From a virus, in IMG/VR virus record IMGVR_UViG_3300030060_003575, positions 1 through 64,000 of that record: a DNA stretch of 64,000 bases; one strand, written 5' to 3'. Shown here piece by piece: positions 30,987-41,015 of this stretch (position 1 is its first letter; each line of letters starts with the position of its first letter). Position numbers and translations under genes: made by a program. The notes under the pieces are model-generated. The model made no database searches, was not told where the DNA came from, and was given only the letters and a program-made list of their open reading frames with translations.

Positions 30987-32210
30987 TCAGAACCAGTCCA
31001 AGTCTTCTTCTTCTGCAACAAATGGTTCTGCAACAACACCCATGTTGTTAGTGCATAGAATACCACTAAGGTTCAATGAAACATCTCTCATGCTACCATC
31101 ATCGTTCCTTCCTTGCGAAGTCCTACCAACAACTAATACACTTGAATTGATACCAAAATCAATATCAAGGTGTGTAGGAATCCAGCAGGTAGTACCTGCC
31201 CAAGAACCATCATAACTGTAATCAGCATTTACATCGGTAATAGTAAGTCTTCTGCTACCAACCTTGTTAGGTTGCATGTTCATAGCAGTTACAGTACCAT
31301 CAGTAATCACAAATCTCTCAGCATAAGTCCTATCTGATACAGATGAGTGATACCTGTTTAGGTCAATCAGTGGGCTATAGTTACCCATTGCATGTTCCAT
31401 AGTGTAGTTCTGCATATCTTCAATAGAAGGCTCAGGTAGTCTACCATCAGTCATATCACTATTGTATACCAAACTCTCTAGAGTACCAGTCTTAAACCCA
31501 TAAATCCTGTTAGCATTGTTACTATCTGGTATACACTCAAAGTGAACCAACTTGAAGGTTCTAGGTGTAAACTTCTTTGCTGCTTCCCCCTTGTAGGAGA
31601 AGTAGTAAAGAGCACTATTACCATCAACTTCACCCAAGAAAACACCTTGCATCCTGTTCTGATTAGCAGGCAATGGCTTCCCATAGTTAGGGTTCTTTCT
31701 CTCACCATATGCAGCAATGTTATCTAGTGGTATAACCCAAGTACCAGTGTCAACTTCATGGTGATTAGCAGGTAGTTCCTTTACAGTCCTTTCCTGTGCT
31801 TCGCCATCAAACATCCTCTTAACAACGAAACCGCCATCAATCTGTTCTGCAAGGGCAACCCTACCACTTTGATAAGTAGCATTATTGTCCCTTCTCCACT
31901 CTTCTACAATCTGAGTATTGAGCCTTGCACCCATATCCATAGGCTCATTAACAGAGATAAAGAAACCTACTGCCTTCTTTACCAAACTGCCACTACTACT
32001 GCTTTGTTCTTGTGGTGCATCCTTATACTGGTATGCTCCACTAAACCATTGCCTAAACAATGACAATGCCAATAGCATGTCACCACTTGGGTCAAGGTTA
32101 TTTGTCTTGCAGATTTCGTGATACTTTGCCTCTACAACACTTACTTCCATTCCTAGTTTCTCACTAGCCTTATTTACTTCATTACGTACTTTTTCTTCCA
32201 TAATATTCAT
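30987..32210 (-). CDS. putative RPA-like ssDNA-binding protein
   Basis: Beta-rich OB-like C-terminal part, acidic aromatic tail EEEDLDWF, replication-operon context. Confidence 0.55.
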   Translation of the reverse strand: MNIMEEKVRNEVNKASEKLGMEVSVVEAKYHEICKTNNLDPSGDMLLALSLFRQWFSGAYQYKDAPQEQSSSSGSLVKKAVGFFISVNEPMDMGARLNTQIVEEWRRDNNATYQSGRVALAEQIDGGFVVKRMFDGEAQERTVKELPANHHEVDTGTWVIPLDNIAAYGERKNPNYGKPLPANQNRMQGVFLGEVDGNSALYYFSYKGEAAKKFTPRTFKLVHFECIPDSNNANRIYGFKTGTLESLVYNSDMTDGRLPEPSIEDMQNYTMEHAMGNYSPLIDLNRYHSSVSDRTYAERFVITDGTVTAMNMQPNKVGSRRLTITDVNADYSYDGSWAGTTCWIPTHLDIDFGINSSVLVVGRTSQGRNDDGSMRDVSLNLSGILCTNNMGVVAEPFVAEEEDLDWF

Positions 32211-32311
32211 TCCTTATTTTTTCTTTTTATTTGCTTCCATATTCCTGTGATAGCGTTCCCAGGTCATACCTTCATCTTCAAGAAACCACATAATTATCCT
32301 TTTAAAGACAT

Positions 32312-32605
32312 TCATCGTTCTTCCTCATGTGGTATGAGTTTTCTTCTTCTACGCTCGTAGATAATTTCTAATAGTGCTTCCGCACTAATTACGATTCCTG
32401 CTAGTACCCAGAATGTATCTGAGTTAACAGTAATCACACCCAACGAATTGAGTATGGGTAATACAATTAGTAATACCCCACCTAGTAAGATAATTTCATA
32501 TCTTAACATTAGATGCTTGAAATCATTTATATCAATGACTCCATCATCATTAAAGTCTAATATTTTTCTTACCATATTAAAACCTCCCATAATTATCTCT
32601 AACAA
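32312..32605 (-). CDS. small membrane protein with EF-hand-like loop
   Basis: DFNDDGVIDINDF followed by two hydrophobic helices. Confidence 0.55.
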   Translation of the reverse strand: MLEIIMGGFNMVRKILDFNDDGVIDINDFKHLMLRYEIILLGGVLLIVLPILNSLGVITVNSDTFWVLAGIVISAEALLEIIYERRRRKLIPHEEER

Positions 32606-32656
32606 ATAGTAGCCGATACAAAATAAAACATACTATAACTACTATGATTCCATCCA

Positions 32657-33559
32657 TTATATCATCTGTCCTATCATCCATGAAGCCAATATCTTAGGGG
32701 TCATACTACTACTTCTCCATTCTGCTTCACCAATAACACGTAGATACTTAAACTTCTCAGGAGGCGGCAGTTCAGCCTTCAAGAAAACATCATGCAAATT
32801 TTGGCATACTGCTTTCATATCTACCGATAAGTAAACTAATCGCTGTAGTTCTTTGAGTCCTCCATTGTAATCTTTATTGAGAACAGAATCTAATATTTTA
32901 ACATAAGGTTCTTGGGTTCTCTCTATTAGCATTGTTAATGGGGTATTACTATTTACCGAGGCTTGTAGTTCGGTGATTCCCCTGCGTATGTCACCTTGAA
33001 GTGTACTAATAAAGGTGTCGAAATCTTCTGCATCGGGAACGGGTTTACCTTCCATTTGAAGTATATCAGTCAATACCTTCTTTATCTCATCATTACTTAG
33101 TGCGGTAAAACGATAGTTAGCACATCTAGATTGTAAAGGTGCTATAATCTTATGCCTATGATTACATGTAATGATAAACCTACAATTATCAGAATAACGT
33201 TCCATTATTCTCTTCAATGCATTCTGAGCATCAGGAGTCATACCATCCATCTCATCCAATAAAATAATCTTATGTGGTGCATCACCAACCTTTAGAGACA
33301 TAGCAACCTCCTTTATGGTTGTTCTAACTGTCTCTAACTTTCTATCATCAGATGCATTGATTTCAAAGAAGTTTGCCTTCATATCATCCTTCAATACAGT
33401 ATGTCCTATTACATTTGCCGCAGCAGTTTTGCCAACTCCAGCAGGCCCATACAAAAGAACATTAGGCATTGTTACCCAATTTTGTAAATCGTTAGCAAAC
33501 TTATCTTGTCCAATCAATTGTTCTATTTTATACGGTCTATACTTTTCTGTCCATAACAT
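32657..33559 (-). CDS. rfcS: replication factor C small subunit (clamp loader)
   Basis: WTEKYRP, GPAGVGKT, EINASD, LDEMD, AQNAL, SRC motifs. Confidence 0.95.
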   Translation of the reverse strand: MLWTEKYRPYKIEQLIGQDKFANDLQNWVTMPNVLLYGPAGVGKTAAANVIGHTVLKDDMKANFFEINASDDRKLETVRTTIKEVAMSLKVGDAPHKIILLDEMDGMTPDAQNALKRIMERYSDNCRFIITCNHRHKIIAPLQSRCANYRFTALSNDEIKKVLTDILQMEGKPVPDAEDFDTFISTLQGDIRRGITELQASVNSNTPLTMLIERTQEPYVKILDSVLNKDYNGGLKELQRLVYLSVDMKAVCQNLHDVFLKAELPPPEKFKYLRVIGEAEWRSSSMTPKILASWMIGQMI

Positions 33560-34082
33560 GTTTAATTCTCCTTTCTTCTAATTCTTTTCTTTTGTTGCTC
33601 ATATGGTTTGCAGGATACCAGTCAGGTTTTCCTAGTCTCCATTCAGCAAAATACCACTTATCACCTAAGTAGTAATCTTGATATGATTTAGTTACACTAT
33701 CATAATCTTTATACTCATCTGGCATAGCCAATGCAAATGGTGTAAGTCCCTTGTCTGTTAAGAAATCAAGTAACTTAGCAATCTCATCAGCATACTTATC
33801 AAGGGTAGTTTCAACCTTGTGAACCTTACCATATCTCTCAGTGTAAGTATGACACAATGCATAAGCATGGTCAACCAACCACTGCATGTTTTGTCTACTT
33901 CTTCTTGCCCACATGGTACAAGGATGATTCAACATTACAGGTCTGTATGGTGATTCAAAACCATAGTAATCCAAACATGTAGAAATCATCTGCAAACTTT
34001 CTGTTGGCATTTTGACTACATGTTTATCACACATTTCATTCGCACTCTCAATTGGGCATTCATTCAATACAAAAATATTCAT
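33537..34082 (-). CDS. pyrimidine-dimer DNA glycosylase-like (DenV/endonuclease V family) protein
   Basis: MNIFVL...CDKHVVKM..ES.QM...HPCTMWAR...RYGKVH. Confidence 0.7.
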   Translation of the reverse strand: MNIFVLNECPIESANEMCDKHVVKMPTESLQMISTCLDYYGFESPYRPVMLNHPCTMWARRSRQNMQWLVDHAYALCHTYTERYGKVHKVETTLDKYADEIAKLLDFLTDKGLTPFALAMPDEYKDYDSVTKSYQDYYLGDKWYFAEWRLGKPDWYPANHMSNKRKELEERRIKHVMDRKV

Positions 34083-34342
34083 TCTTCTTCACTTCCTACG
34101 TATATCCATTTAGCAACCTTATTTGATTTAAGTTGCGTTACTTGAAACTCTTTGTTACCTTTCAGTAAGTTACCTACTTGATGAACATTAGAGTTTGTAA
34201 ACCTATGTGGTTTACCTAAACCATTCTTATACTCATTAAGAAAACGGGTGGCTTCTACTGCGGTGAACATTTCACCTTTCTGTTTTACACCAAATTCTCT
34301 TAATGCCATTAATCTATATTTGTGTCTTAGTGGGCCTGCCAT
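34079..34342 (-). CDS. hypothetical protein
   Basis: Coupled ORF in operon. Confidence 0.55.
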   Translation of the reverse strand: MAGPLRHKYRLMALREFGVKQKGEMFTAVEATRFLNEYKNGLGKPHRFTNSNVHQVGNLLKGNKEFQVTQLKSNKVAKWIYVGSEEE

Positions 34343-35193
34343 TAGAAATAATCCTCCAGTCTACTGTTTGCTATTGTTGGCTTCTTAGCCTTGCCCTTCT
34401 TAACACCTAACTTAACCCTCTCAACAGAAGAGAGTTTAGTATACATATAGTGTTCAAAGTCAGGGTCTTGCTTTAATAAGTTTAACATCTCATATTCATC
34501 AGGTCTCATACCTATCTTCTTACAAATAGATGGTCGCTTATCATACGCTCTCCTTCTAGGCGGAGAAAAAGAAATCGGCATACCATTATGTGCATAAGCA
34601 AGTAATTCAAAGAAGTAATCTGATGACCACTTTCTTTTTACTTTAGCATCTATCCATGCTATCTTTTCTGTGTTTAGAGATGACATTGCCCATGCTAATA
34701 TCTGTTCATCAAAAGGCTTGTTAAACTTTAGCATTTCTGCTACAGCATCTCTATCCTTAGATTTGAGATAAATATTAATCATCTCAAATATATTCTTTTC
34801 AAGAGTTCCTATATATGATTCTGCATTCACACATGCATTCTCTTCTTGTAATTCAAGAAGGGCATAATTAGTTGTGCCTGCTCTCTTTAGTTTACACTTA
34901 TCATATATCTTTTTATCAACATCTTTCTGATTCACAGATGTTAATACAATCTTACCTTTATATTCTAGTAATGTTTTAACTATAAGGTCAACCTTTGGTT
35001 TATAGTGAACCTCTTCAATTAGAATCCCTGTCTCTCTAGGGATACTAAAGTTATCATCAATGTCATATTCGTCTGCATATTTAATAATAGGATTCGGTGG
35101 TAAGAAATTCAAAGCCTTTGTTGTCTTTCCTGTTCCCGGTTTACCTACTACTATCAATGGTCTTTCTGTTGTTTTTATATTAATCATTATCAT
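34342..35193 (-). CDS. RFC large-subunit-like ATPase (shortened)
   Basis: GKPGTGKT Walker A, ILIEEV Walker B; C-terminal NSRLEDYF resembles a PIP box; near rfcS. Confidence 0.6.
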   Translation of the reverse strand: MIMINIKTTERPLIVVGKPGTGKTTKALNFLPPNPIIKYADEYDIDDNFSIPRETGILIEEVHYKPKVDLIVKTLLEYKGKIVLTSVNQKDVDKKIYDKCKLKRAGTTNYALLELQEENACVNAESYIGTLEKNIFEMINIYLKSKDRDAVAEMLKFNKPFDEQILAWAMSSLNTEKIAWIDAKVKRKWSSDYFFELLAYAHNGMPISFSPPRRRAYDKRPSICKKIGMRPDEYEMLNLLKQDPDFEHYMYTKLSSVERVKLGVKKGKAKKPTIANSRLEDYF

Positions 35194-35398
35194 TCCTCAT
35201 TGTCATTATCTCTTTATATTCAGTATCACAATCAGGACATTCTACATCTATAAAAAATACTTTAGTACCGTCTGGTTCTCTTGTTACGTGTGTACTAAAG
35301 AATATATATCTAAAACCACAATCTCTACAACCATGTTTGATGGTTTTATCAACGTAATCTTTTAGAGTATCAATGTCCTGCTTGGTGAATTCCATCAC
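35180..35398 (-). CDS. small Zn-ribbon protein
   Basis: CRDC...CPDC. Confidence 0.6.
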   Translation of the reverse strand: MMEFTKQDIDTLKDYVDKTIKHGCRDCGFRYIFFSTHVTREPDGTKVFFIDVECPDCDTEYKEIMTMRNDND

Positions 35399-35790
35399 AA
35401 TTCACCTTTTATTTGTAGTATTCTTTCCAACCCCTCAAGGGTATGATGTTCGCCATTGTCTAAGATTTCTACTATCTCTTCAAAATCATTCCAATTGTTT
35501 TTAGCATCTGGTAAGTCTGGTATTAATTGACATAACTTCCAGATGTTAGTCAAACCACCTATTGTCAATATAGGTCTTGGTCTACTCTTATGTTCTTTTT
35601 CTTTGTAGTTTGCTTCTACACCATTCTGTGCAAGTGTTCTTTGCACACCAATCAAAAAGTCAGATGAACCTCTTATGTTCACCCTAACTCTAACTCTATA
35701 TCCTATCTGTAACTTAGAGGCTTTTGCTACATGAACCTCAGGTTTAGCAATAGATAGGAGGATACCTTGCAATTGTCCTTTACTATACAT
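35395..35790 (-). CDS. degenerate single-domain LAGLIDADG-fold protein
   Basis: YRVRVRVNI strand and HHTLEGLERILQIK tail resemble LAGLIDADG endonucleases; motif helix reads LQGILLSIA with no catalytic acid. Confidence 0.5.
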   Translation of the reverse strand: MYSKGQLQGILLSIAKPEVHVAKASKLQIGYRVRVRVNIRGSSDFLIGVQRTLAQNGVEANYKEKEHKSRPRPILTIGGLTNIWKLCQLIPDLPDAKNNWNDFEEIVEILDNGEHHTLEGLERILQIKGEL

Positions 35791-36262
35791 CTAATCCATT
35801 CCTCAAATACATTTTATAATCTTTAGCCAATTCTCTATTTCCGGGCCACTTTCCAAACCCTTGATGTTTTTCTAGTTCTAACCAATACCAATGTGCTGCT
35901 GTTATTCTATCATCACCCGCTTCTTCTGCATTTGTTTCTGCTCTATCGGCTAACATCATAACTAAAGATTCTAAGTGTTCTGCTACTATGTATGCCAAGT
36001 CGTGTGATATTGGCATATCAACTTGTTCTTTAATTGTTTTCATATAATGAAATCTTGTCATTCTTTTACGATTAACAGGTGGGGGTTTCGGGGTAATAAG
36101 TTGGTTTTTCTCGTCCACAAAAGGGACTAATTTGGCATCCATTTTCCGATACCTACCCCTACTTTCCTCCCCGACCTTCTTCAAATACGCCACGCCGTCC
36201 TCGATTTTAATACAAGTATACGGCAAATGGTCTAATAGGGTCATTGAGCCTACGGTAATCAC
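35783..36262 (-). CDS. histone-fold protein with N-terminal extension
   Basis: KTIKEQVDMPISHDLAYIVAEHLESLVMMLADRAETNAEEAGDDRITAAHW matches archaeal histone helix/loop spacing. Confidence 0.6.
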   Translation of the reverse strand: MITVGSMTLLDHLPYTCIKIEDGVAYLKKVGEESRGRYRKMDAKLVPFVDEKNQLITPKPPPVNRKRMTRFHYMKTIKEQVDMPISHDLAYIVAEHLESLVMMLADRAETNAEEAGDDRITAAHWYWLELEKHQGFGKWPGNRELAKDYKMYLRNGLDV

Positions 36263-37831
36263 TTAACTCAACTCCTGCACCCTTTGGAGGGTATCAATAT
36301 CTGCGGCGTACTTATCGTGCCGTACTCGCATACTGCGAGGGAACCTCAAACCAATCTGTCCATCCGCATTGCTGGTTATTAAATCGCTAGTTACTTGTAA
36401 TACAATCCTTGGATTAAAGTAATACGTATTGCCTTCATATCTATCTATGTGTTTCCTTAGTTCAGTAGTTAAAAGTGCCAGTTCATCATCTGAGAAACCA
36501 GTACCTACTTTACCTACTTCAACGTAATCAGCATCATTCTTCACAGATATTCCAAAGGTACCAAACCATCCACTACGCTTACCTTTACCATATTCAGCAG
36601 AAGTAATAACTACATCTAATTCAATCCTCGGTGGTTTATACTTCAACCATCCTTTACTTCTTTTACCGGGTTCATAGGCCATGTCTGCATCCTTAATCAT
36701 AACACCTTCATATCCCCAATCTATAGCCAGATTATAAGCAGCAGTAATAGATGTTATATCCATCTTATCAAACCTCTTTGCGATATAAGGTTCCTCAACA
36801 TTTTCTTCAAGTTTTAGAATACGATTAGATAATGGTTCATCTATTAACGCTCTGCCTTGAATAGATAGAATATCAAACACTGCAAGTTGCACAGGGCATT
36901 GTTGCACCGCTTCTGTTTTATTCTTCTTATGAACTCTCTTTGCCAATAACTTGTGGTCGGCAGGAGAACCATCGGTTTTAACCGGATATATTTCAGTATC
37001 AACAATACAAGGAGAGCATAATACTTTCCCATCTAGTATATCATTTACAACATCAGGGAATTGGTCAGTAACAACAACACCCTTTCTATTAAAAATCAAT
37101 ACACTGGGTTCGTACGGCCCCATAGGGCCATAATGAATTTGATAACGATTACCATCATACTTAACATCAACAATATAATTATCAGGTCTTTCCATTCCCT
37201 TCCTAGGTTTTGCTAACATGGGCGTTACAAACTTACCCCATTCTAAATTACACTCTGGCTCAAAACCCGAATGTAATTGTGAACAAATTTCACTAGCAGT
37301 GTTAAACATATAATACTTTTTAATCTCAGTAATAGTATGCCCATAGTGTTTAGCCATTACCTTAAGCGGTACGTTGTTGTTAACACCATTTCTAGGTTTA
37401 CCTAACCAATAGCGTACAAACCACTTCTTTTCCCTAGCACTCATTTTGTTTAGTGCTTCTGCTATCTGTTGATAGGAATTACTAACCATACTACTACAGT
37501 CTAATCTAAGCAAGTTCCAAAACGCACCTAACGTAATATCAGAATCTTCTTCATTACCTAAGTCAATCTCTAATACTGCTTCACCTAAATCACCCCATGT
37601 ATGAACAGCATCTTCTACTTCATCATCAAACAAGCGTAAAGCATTAGCCACCCATGTTATCGCTCTTTTCTCAGCAATGTTGTTAACACCATACTCTAAA
37701 GAGAGAATAGCAATCGCCAAGTGTTTATCATCACCAAAACTATTTAGTGAACCATCTATAGTATTTATCTTACCAGTCGGTGTTTGGTTTTCAATTACCT
37801 CACACATTCTTGCAAACGTTGCTAAACTCAT
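36263..37831 (-). CDS. lig: ATP-dependent DNA ligase
   Basis: KYDGNR, EGVMIK, WLKYK, VGTGFSD, LRFPR motifs. Confidence 0.95.
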   Translation of the reverse strand: MSLATFARMCEVIENQTPTGKINTIDGSLNSFGDDKHLAIAILSLEYGVNNIAEKRAITWVANALRLFDDEVEDAVHTWGDLGEAVLEIDLGNEEDSDITLGAFWNLLRLDCSSMVSNSYQQIAEALNKMSAREKKWFVRYWLGKPRNGVNNNVPLKVMAKHYGHTITEIKKYYMFNTASEICSQLHSGFEPECNLEWGKFVTPMLAKPRKGMERPDNYIVDVKYDGNRYQIHYGPMGPYEPSVLIFNRKGVVVTDQFPDVVNDILDGKVLCSPCIVDTEIYPVKTDGSPADHKLLAKRVHKKNKTEAVQQCPVQLAVFDILSIQGRALIDEPLSNRILKLEENVEEPYIAKRFDKMDITSITAAYNLAIDWGYEGVMIKDADMAYEPGKRSKGWLKYKPPRIELDVVITSAEYGKGKRSGWFGTFGISVKNDADYVEVGKVGTGFSDDELALLTTELRKHIDRYEGNTYYFNPRIVLQVTSDLITSNADGQIGLRFPRSMRVRHDKYAADIDTLQRVQELS

Positions 37832-38073
37832 CTCATCACCTTCATCTTACCATAAGCAACCCAAACATCTTCTGTAGTAATAGCGTCACTACCAGAAGAA
37901 GCAAGTGCCTCATCCACAATAGCAATACAAAGGACTTCAAATTCCTTTTGCATTATCTCTTGAATGGCTTCAGTTGTTCCACTTCTAATATGATTATTCT
38001 GTGGTATCATAGTTCTAAGTTGTTGCTTAATCTTCCTCTCGCTTATTACCATGTTGTTCAACTGCCTTTTCAA
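37828..38073 (-). CDS. histone-fold protein (81 aa)
   Basis: ISERKIKQQLR-loop-long helix-DAITTEDVWVAY pattern. Confidence 0.55.
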   Translation of the reverse strand: MKRQLNNMVISERKIKQQLRTMIPQNNHIRSGTTEAIQEIMQKEFEVLCIAIVDEALASSGSDAITTEDVWVAYGKMKVMR

Positions 38074-38251
38074 TTGCCCTCAATAACTGAGGGGCTTCTT
38101 GCATATTTACTCTTATACCCTTACGGGATACCTTTCCATTTTCATACCATCTAATATCTAGAATGTCTATATTCCAATAGTTACCTGTTCTGATAACTAA
38201 TTCTTGTGTAGCATTTCTAGGTACTCTGGCAATTATTTTTTCATCATTCAT
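38027..38251 (-). CDS. PC4-like ssDNA-binding/coactivator protein
   Basis: LDIRWY...RKGIRV signature. Confidence 0.8.
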   Translation of the reverse strand: MNDEKIIARVPRNATQELVIRTGNYWNIDILDIRWYENGKVSRKGIRVNMQEAPQLLRAIEKAVEQHGNKREED

Positions 38252-38661
38252 GTTGTCATACCTTCTTTAAATTGTTGTAATCCCTTCAAACTATAGAAGT
38301 ATCTTGGTGCAGCAAATTCATCTAACCTATTGGCTATCCAAACTGCGCCACCTAAACTACTTATTTGAACAATCTCAAATTGTCCGTTTTCAGTTTCTAT
38401 AACTTCTATTGTTTCTACTTCGGGTACGAGACCAGTTACTCTTGTAAGTTCAGAAGCCACAGCACTAAGATTCTCAGCAACATATTTTATGATATGTCCT
38501 CTTTGAATAGGAATCTTAGCATCTACTGTAATTCTAATCTTACCATCAAATTCACAGGCTTTACAGCCCCTGCCCCTTTTACCTTCAACATCTGCACATA
38601 CAGGGCAGGCTATCTCAGCAGGCAAGGGGGCAGGGAATCTGATGGTTATTGCTTCTTTCAT
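38248..38661 (-). CDS. Zn-finger protein
   Basis: CPVC...GRGCKAC. Confidence 0.55.
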   Translation of the reverse strand: MKEAITIRFPAPLPAEIACPVCADVEGKRGRGCKACEFDGKIRITVDAKIPIQRGHIIKYVAENLSAVASELTRVTGLVPEVETIEVIETENGQFEIVQISSLGGAVWIANRLDEFAAPRYFYSLKGLQQFKEGMTT

Positions 38662-39116
38662 TCATGTCCCGTCCATTCTCTATATACACAATAGTATTCT
38701 ATTGTAATATCATAGGGAAACGTAGGCGTATAAATATCTACAGTTCCCATATTAGGTGCATACCCATTACTAAATAATACACCATCTTGCGATGCATAAC
38801 CTTCTAGTTTAAAGGTATAGTTAGAAAACACTATCTGGTTATCAACCACCTCAAAACTCAGATGGGATGCATTCAATGTAATAATCTGGATTTGCATCCA
38901 TGTAGAATTATTACCCACAGTAATTATTGGTGCTGTTGAGTTATTATCTCCAGCCATTACAGTATAATTACCACTTAACGTTTCCCATCCACTTACAACT
39001 ATCACAGTTTCACCATCATCCTCAGACGGTGCATCTGGTATAGCATCTGCACAACCCGCTAATAGTATTGAAACCATTAACAATGTCATTATTCTTTTCA
39101 TTACTTCACCTATCAC
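38658..39116 (-). CDS. putative lipoprotein
   Basis: Signal peptide ending in lipobox LLAGC. Confidence 0.7.
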   Translation of the reverse strand: MIGEVMKRIMTLLMVSILLAGCADAIPDAPSEDDGETVIVVSGWETLSGNYTVMAGDNNSTAPIITVGNNSTWMQIQIITLNASHLSFEVVDNQIVFSNYTFKLEGYASQDGVLFSNGYAPNMGTVDIYTPTFPYDITIEYYCVYREWTGHE

Positions 39117-39230
39117 TTAACTCTAGCATTTCATTAACGATTGCTAGATTTGCTCTTATCGCATTCATTGCTGCTACGATTATTGCTTTATCTTTCTTAT
39201 CCAAGTCAACACCTTTCTTTTCGTTACTAA

Positions 39231-39740
39231 TCATTCTTCTTCACCTTTGCATTCACTACAACATGTTTCTTCGTTAGTTGTGTTTCCCCATGTAAATTGG
39301 CTGAACACTTCATAGTGGTCTTTACCGTCTTCACCTACTCTAAAGTATACTGAATACTTCTCGCCGTTCCCCAACACGGTGGCGGAGTTTAAGAACCTTT
39401 CATACATCGAAATTGTTCTTAGGTCTGTACCACTAAAATATGCCTTTCCAAATGGATGTGTGTGAATCCATTCTTTAAGTGGAAAGCGCATACCTTCTGT
39501 TTCATCCTGTCCACCAAAGGTTACAAACCCCGGTGAACCCACACTTATGAACAAGCGGTCATTCCCATCAATGACTACTTGAACTTCTCTTGGCTTATCA
39601 AAAGCCGACATAGACATATCCCATATCCTTTGATGAAAGACATGTTCATTTATGTTAAACCCATCTTGGATAACATCTTTCCAAAAGGGTTGCACAACAA
39701 AAAACTCTTCCCCACGTACATCTGCAAGATAATCTGTCAT
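39231..39740 (-). CDS. JAB/MPN+ (JAMM) metalloprotease
   Basis: Upstream Glu (REVQ) and HTHPFGKAYFSGTD = HxHx7Sx2D. Confidence 0.85.
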   Translation of the reverse strand: MTDYLADVRGEEFFVVQPFWKDVIQDGFNINEHVFHQRIWDMSMSAFDKPREVQVVIDGNDRLFISVGSPGFVTFGGQDETEGMRFPLKEWIHTHPFGKAYFSGTDLRTISMYERFLNSATVLGNGEKYSVYFRVGEDGKDHYEVFSQFTWGNTTNEETCCSECKGEEE

Positions 39741-40390
39741 TGTAGTGCCTCCAATTGCTTTTGGAGTTTCGCAGCCTTTCTCTTCATTCTAAGAGCCTTT
39801 CTTTTACTTCTCCATTCAGTAAACCTAAACCATAGGCTTCTGTTCTTGCAACCTTCACAGCACTCACAGTCTTCTTTAACAGGTTCTCCTGCAAATTCCA
39901 TTGAGCGCATTTGCGGCATTTCCTTACCAGCAATTAGAGTATTGCGGTATTCAGGCCAACGCTTTGTTATCCTGTTAAGCCTAGTTTGGCAACCCTTCAC
40001 ACTTCTGCTTAGGTGTTTTGCTACTGCTTCTCTTTCCTCTGAGTCTGATGACCAGTTTCTAACAAGATACATATCATCCTTTGGACTCCACTTCATTCTG
40101 CTATTAGCATGAAGTTTAGGCTTTACAAGTTCTTTCTTCATCTTCTCTACTTCCTTCTTTAAATCAACCTTAGTTACTCTCTTTCGCACACCCATCTGCT
40201 TTAACTTCGATTTAATCGCGTTAAAGGTTCTATCCTCTTTATCTGGTTGCACTCTATTGTAGTGGTTGTTAAATAGAACAGTTATTAGTTCTACCGTTAC
40301 TGGCCTACCGTCATCCAGTTTTGTTTCCATACACTTTCTCAAGTATTTTTCTTCATCTGCTGTCCATCTCTTTCCCATATTATCACACAT
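39737..40390 (-). CDS. Myb/HTH-repeat DNA-binding protein
   Basis: Two repeats: WTADEEKYL...RTFNAIKSK and WSPKDDMYL...RSVKGCQTR. Confidence 0.65.
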   Translation of the reverse strand: MCDNMGKRWTADEEKYLRKCMETKLDDGRPVTVELITVLFNNHYNRVQPDKEDRTFNAIKSKLKQMGVRKRVTKVDLKKEVEKMKKELVKPKLHANSRMKWSPKDDMYLVRNWSSDSEEREAVAKHLSRSVKGCQTRLNRITKRWPEYRNTLIAGKEMPQMRSMEFAGEPVKEDCECCEGCKNRSLWFRFTEWRSKRKALRMKRKAAKLQKQLEALQ

Positions 40391-41015
40391 TTATTATTAT
40401 TTTATCTGCTACTTTTTCTTCATTAAACCAACGTTGAATCCATTGCGCCCCATATCCAGCAATCGCAACGTGAGTAAAATGTAACACTTCCTTCTTTCCC
40501 GATTCGTTAAAGTTTTCACCTTGACAGGAAAAGGAACCTTCTGGCCCCGTAAGAAATGTTTCACTAAACTTAGGGTCTGTTAAATAACTGATAAGTGCTC
40601 CATTGCGACCCTGCGCCCTCAGGTCTAACCACTTAGTTTTACAATCATCTTGAAACCCTTCTGCATAGAGAAGTTTCCGTACTGCTAGATTATCTGCACA
40701 ACATACAACTAAATCATATCCTTCTATTTGTTTTCTGGTTACGATTGGAAATTGAATCCCAAGTCGGATACCAACATCATTGTAATGATTCATACATGTT
40801 GTTTCTCTTTTCATAGCGGAAACCTTCATCATATCCAGAGACCCTACTGCATAGTTTTGATAACTTAGGTTCTTTTCTTCTACAGTATCTGGGTCTGCTA
40901 TCGTTATTTCATATAGTTCTGTCTTGTGTAAAAGCGGTGCTAGAAAACTTCCAATACCGCCTACACCAATTATTAATATTTTTCTTGTCATTTTAATTAC
41001 CTTATCCCTGCACAA
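40383..41015 (-). CDS. ThiF/MoeB/E1-like ubiquitin-like activating enzyme
   Basis: IIGVGGIGS, DPDTVEEKNL, CADN..VR, downstream FSCQ cysteine. Confidence 0.85.
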   Translation of the reverse strand: MCRDKVIKMTRKILIIGVGGIGSFLAPLLHKTELYEITIADPDTVEEKNLSYQNYAVGSLDMMKVSAMKRETTCMNHYNDVGIRLGIQFPIVTRKQIEGYDLVVCCADNLAVRKLLYAEGFQDDCKTKWLDLRAQGRNGALISYLTDPKFSETFLTGPEGSFSCQGENFNESGKKEVLHFTHVAIAGYGAQWIQRWFNEEKVADKIIINV

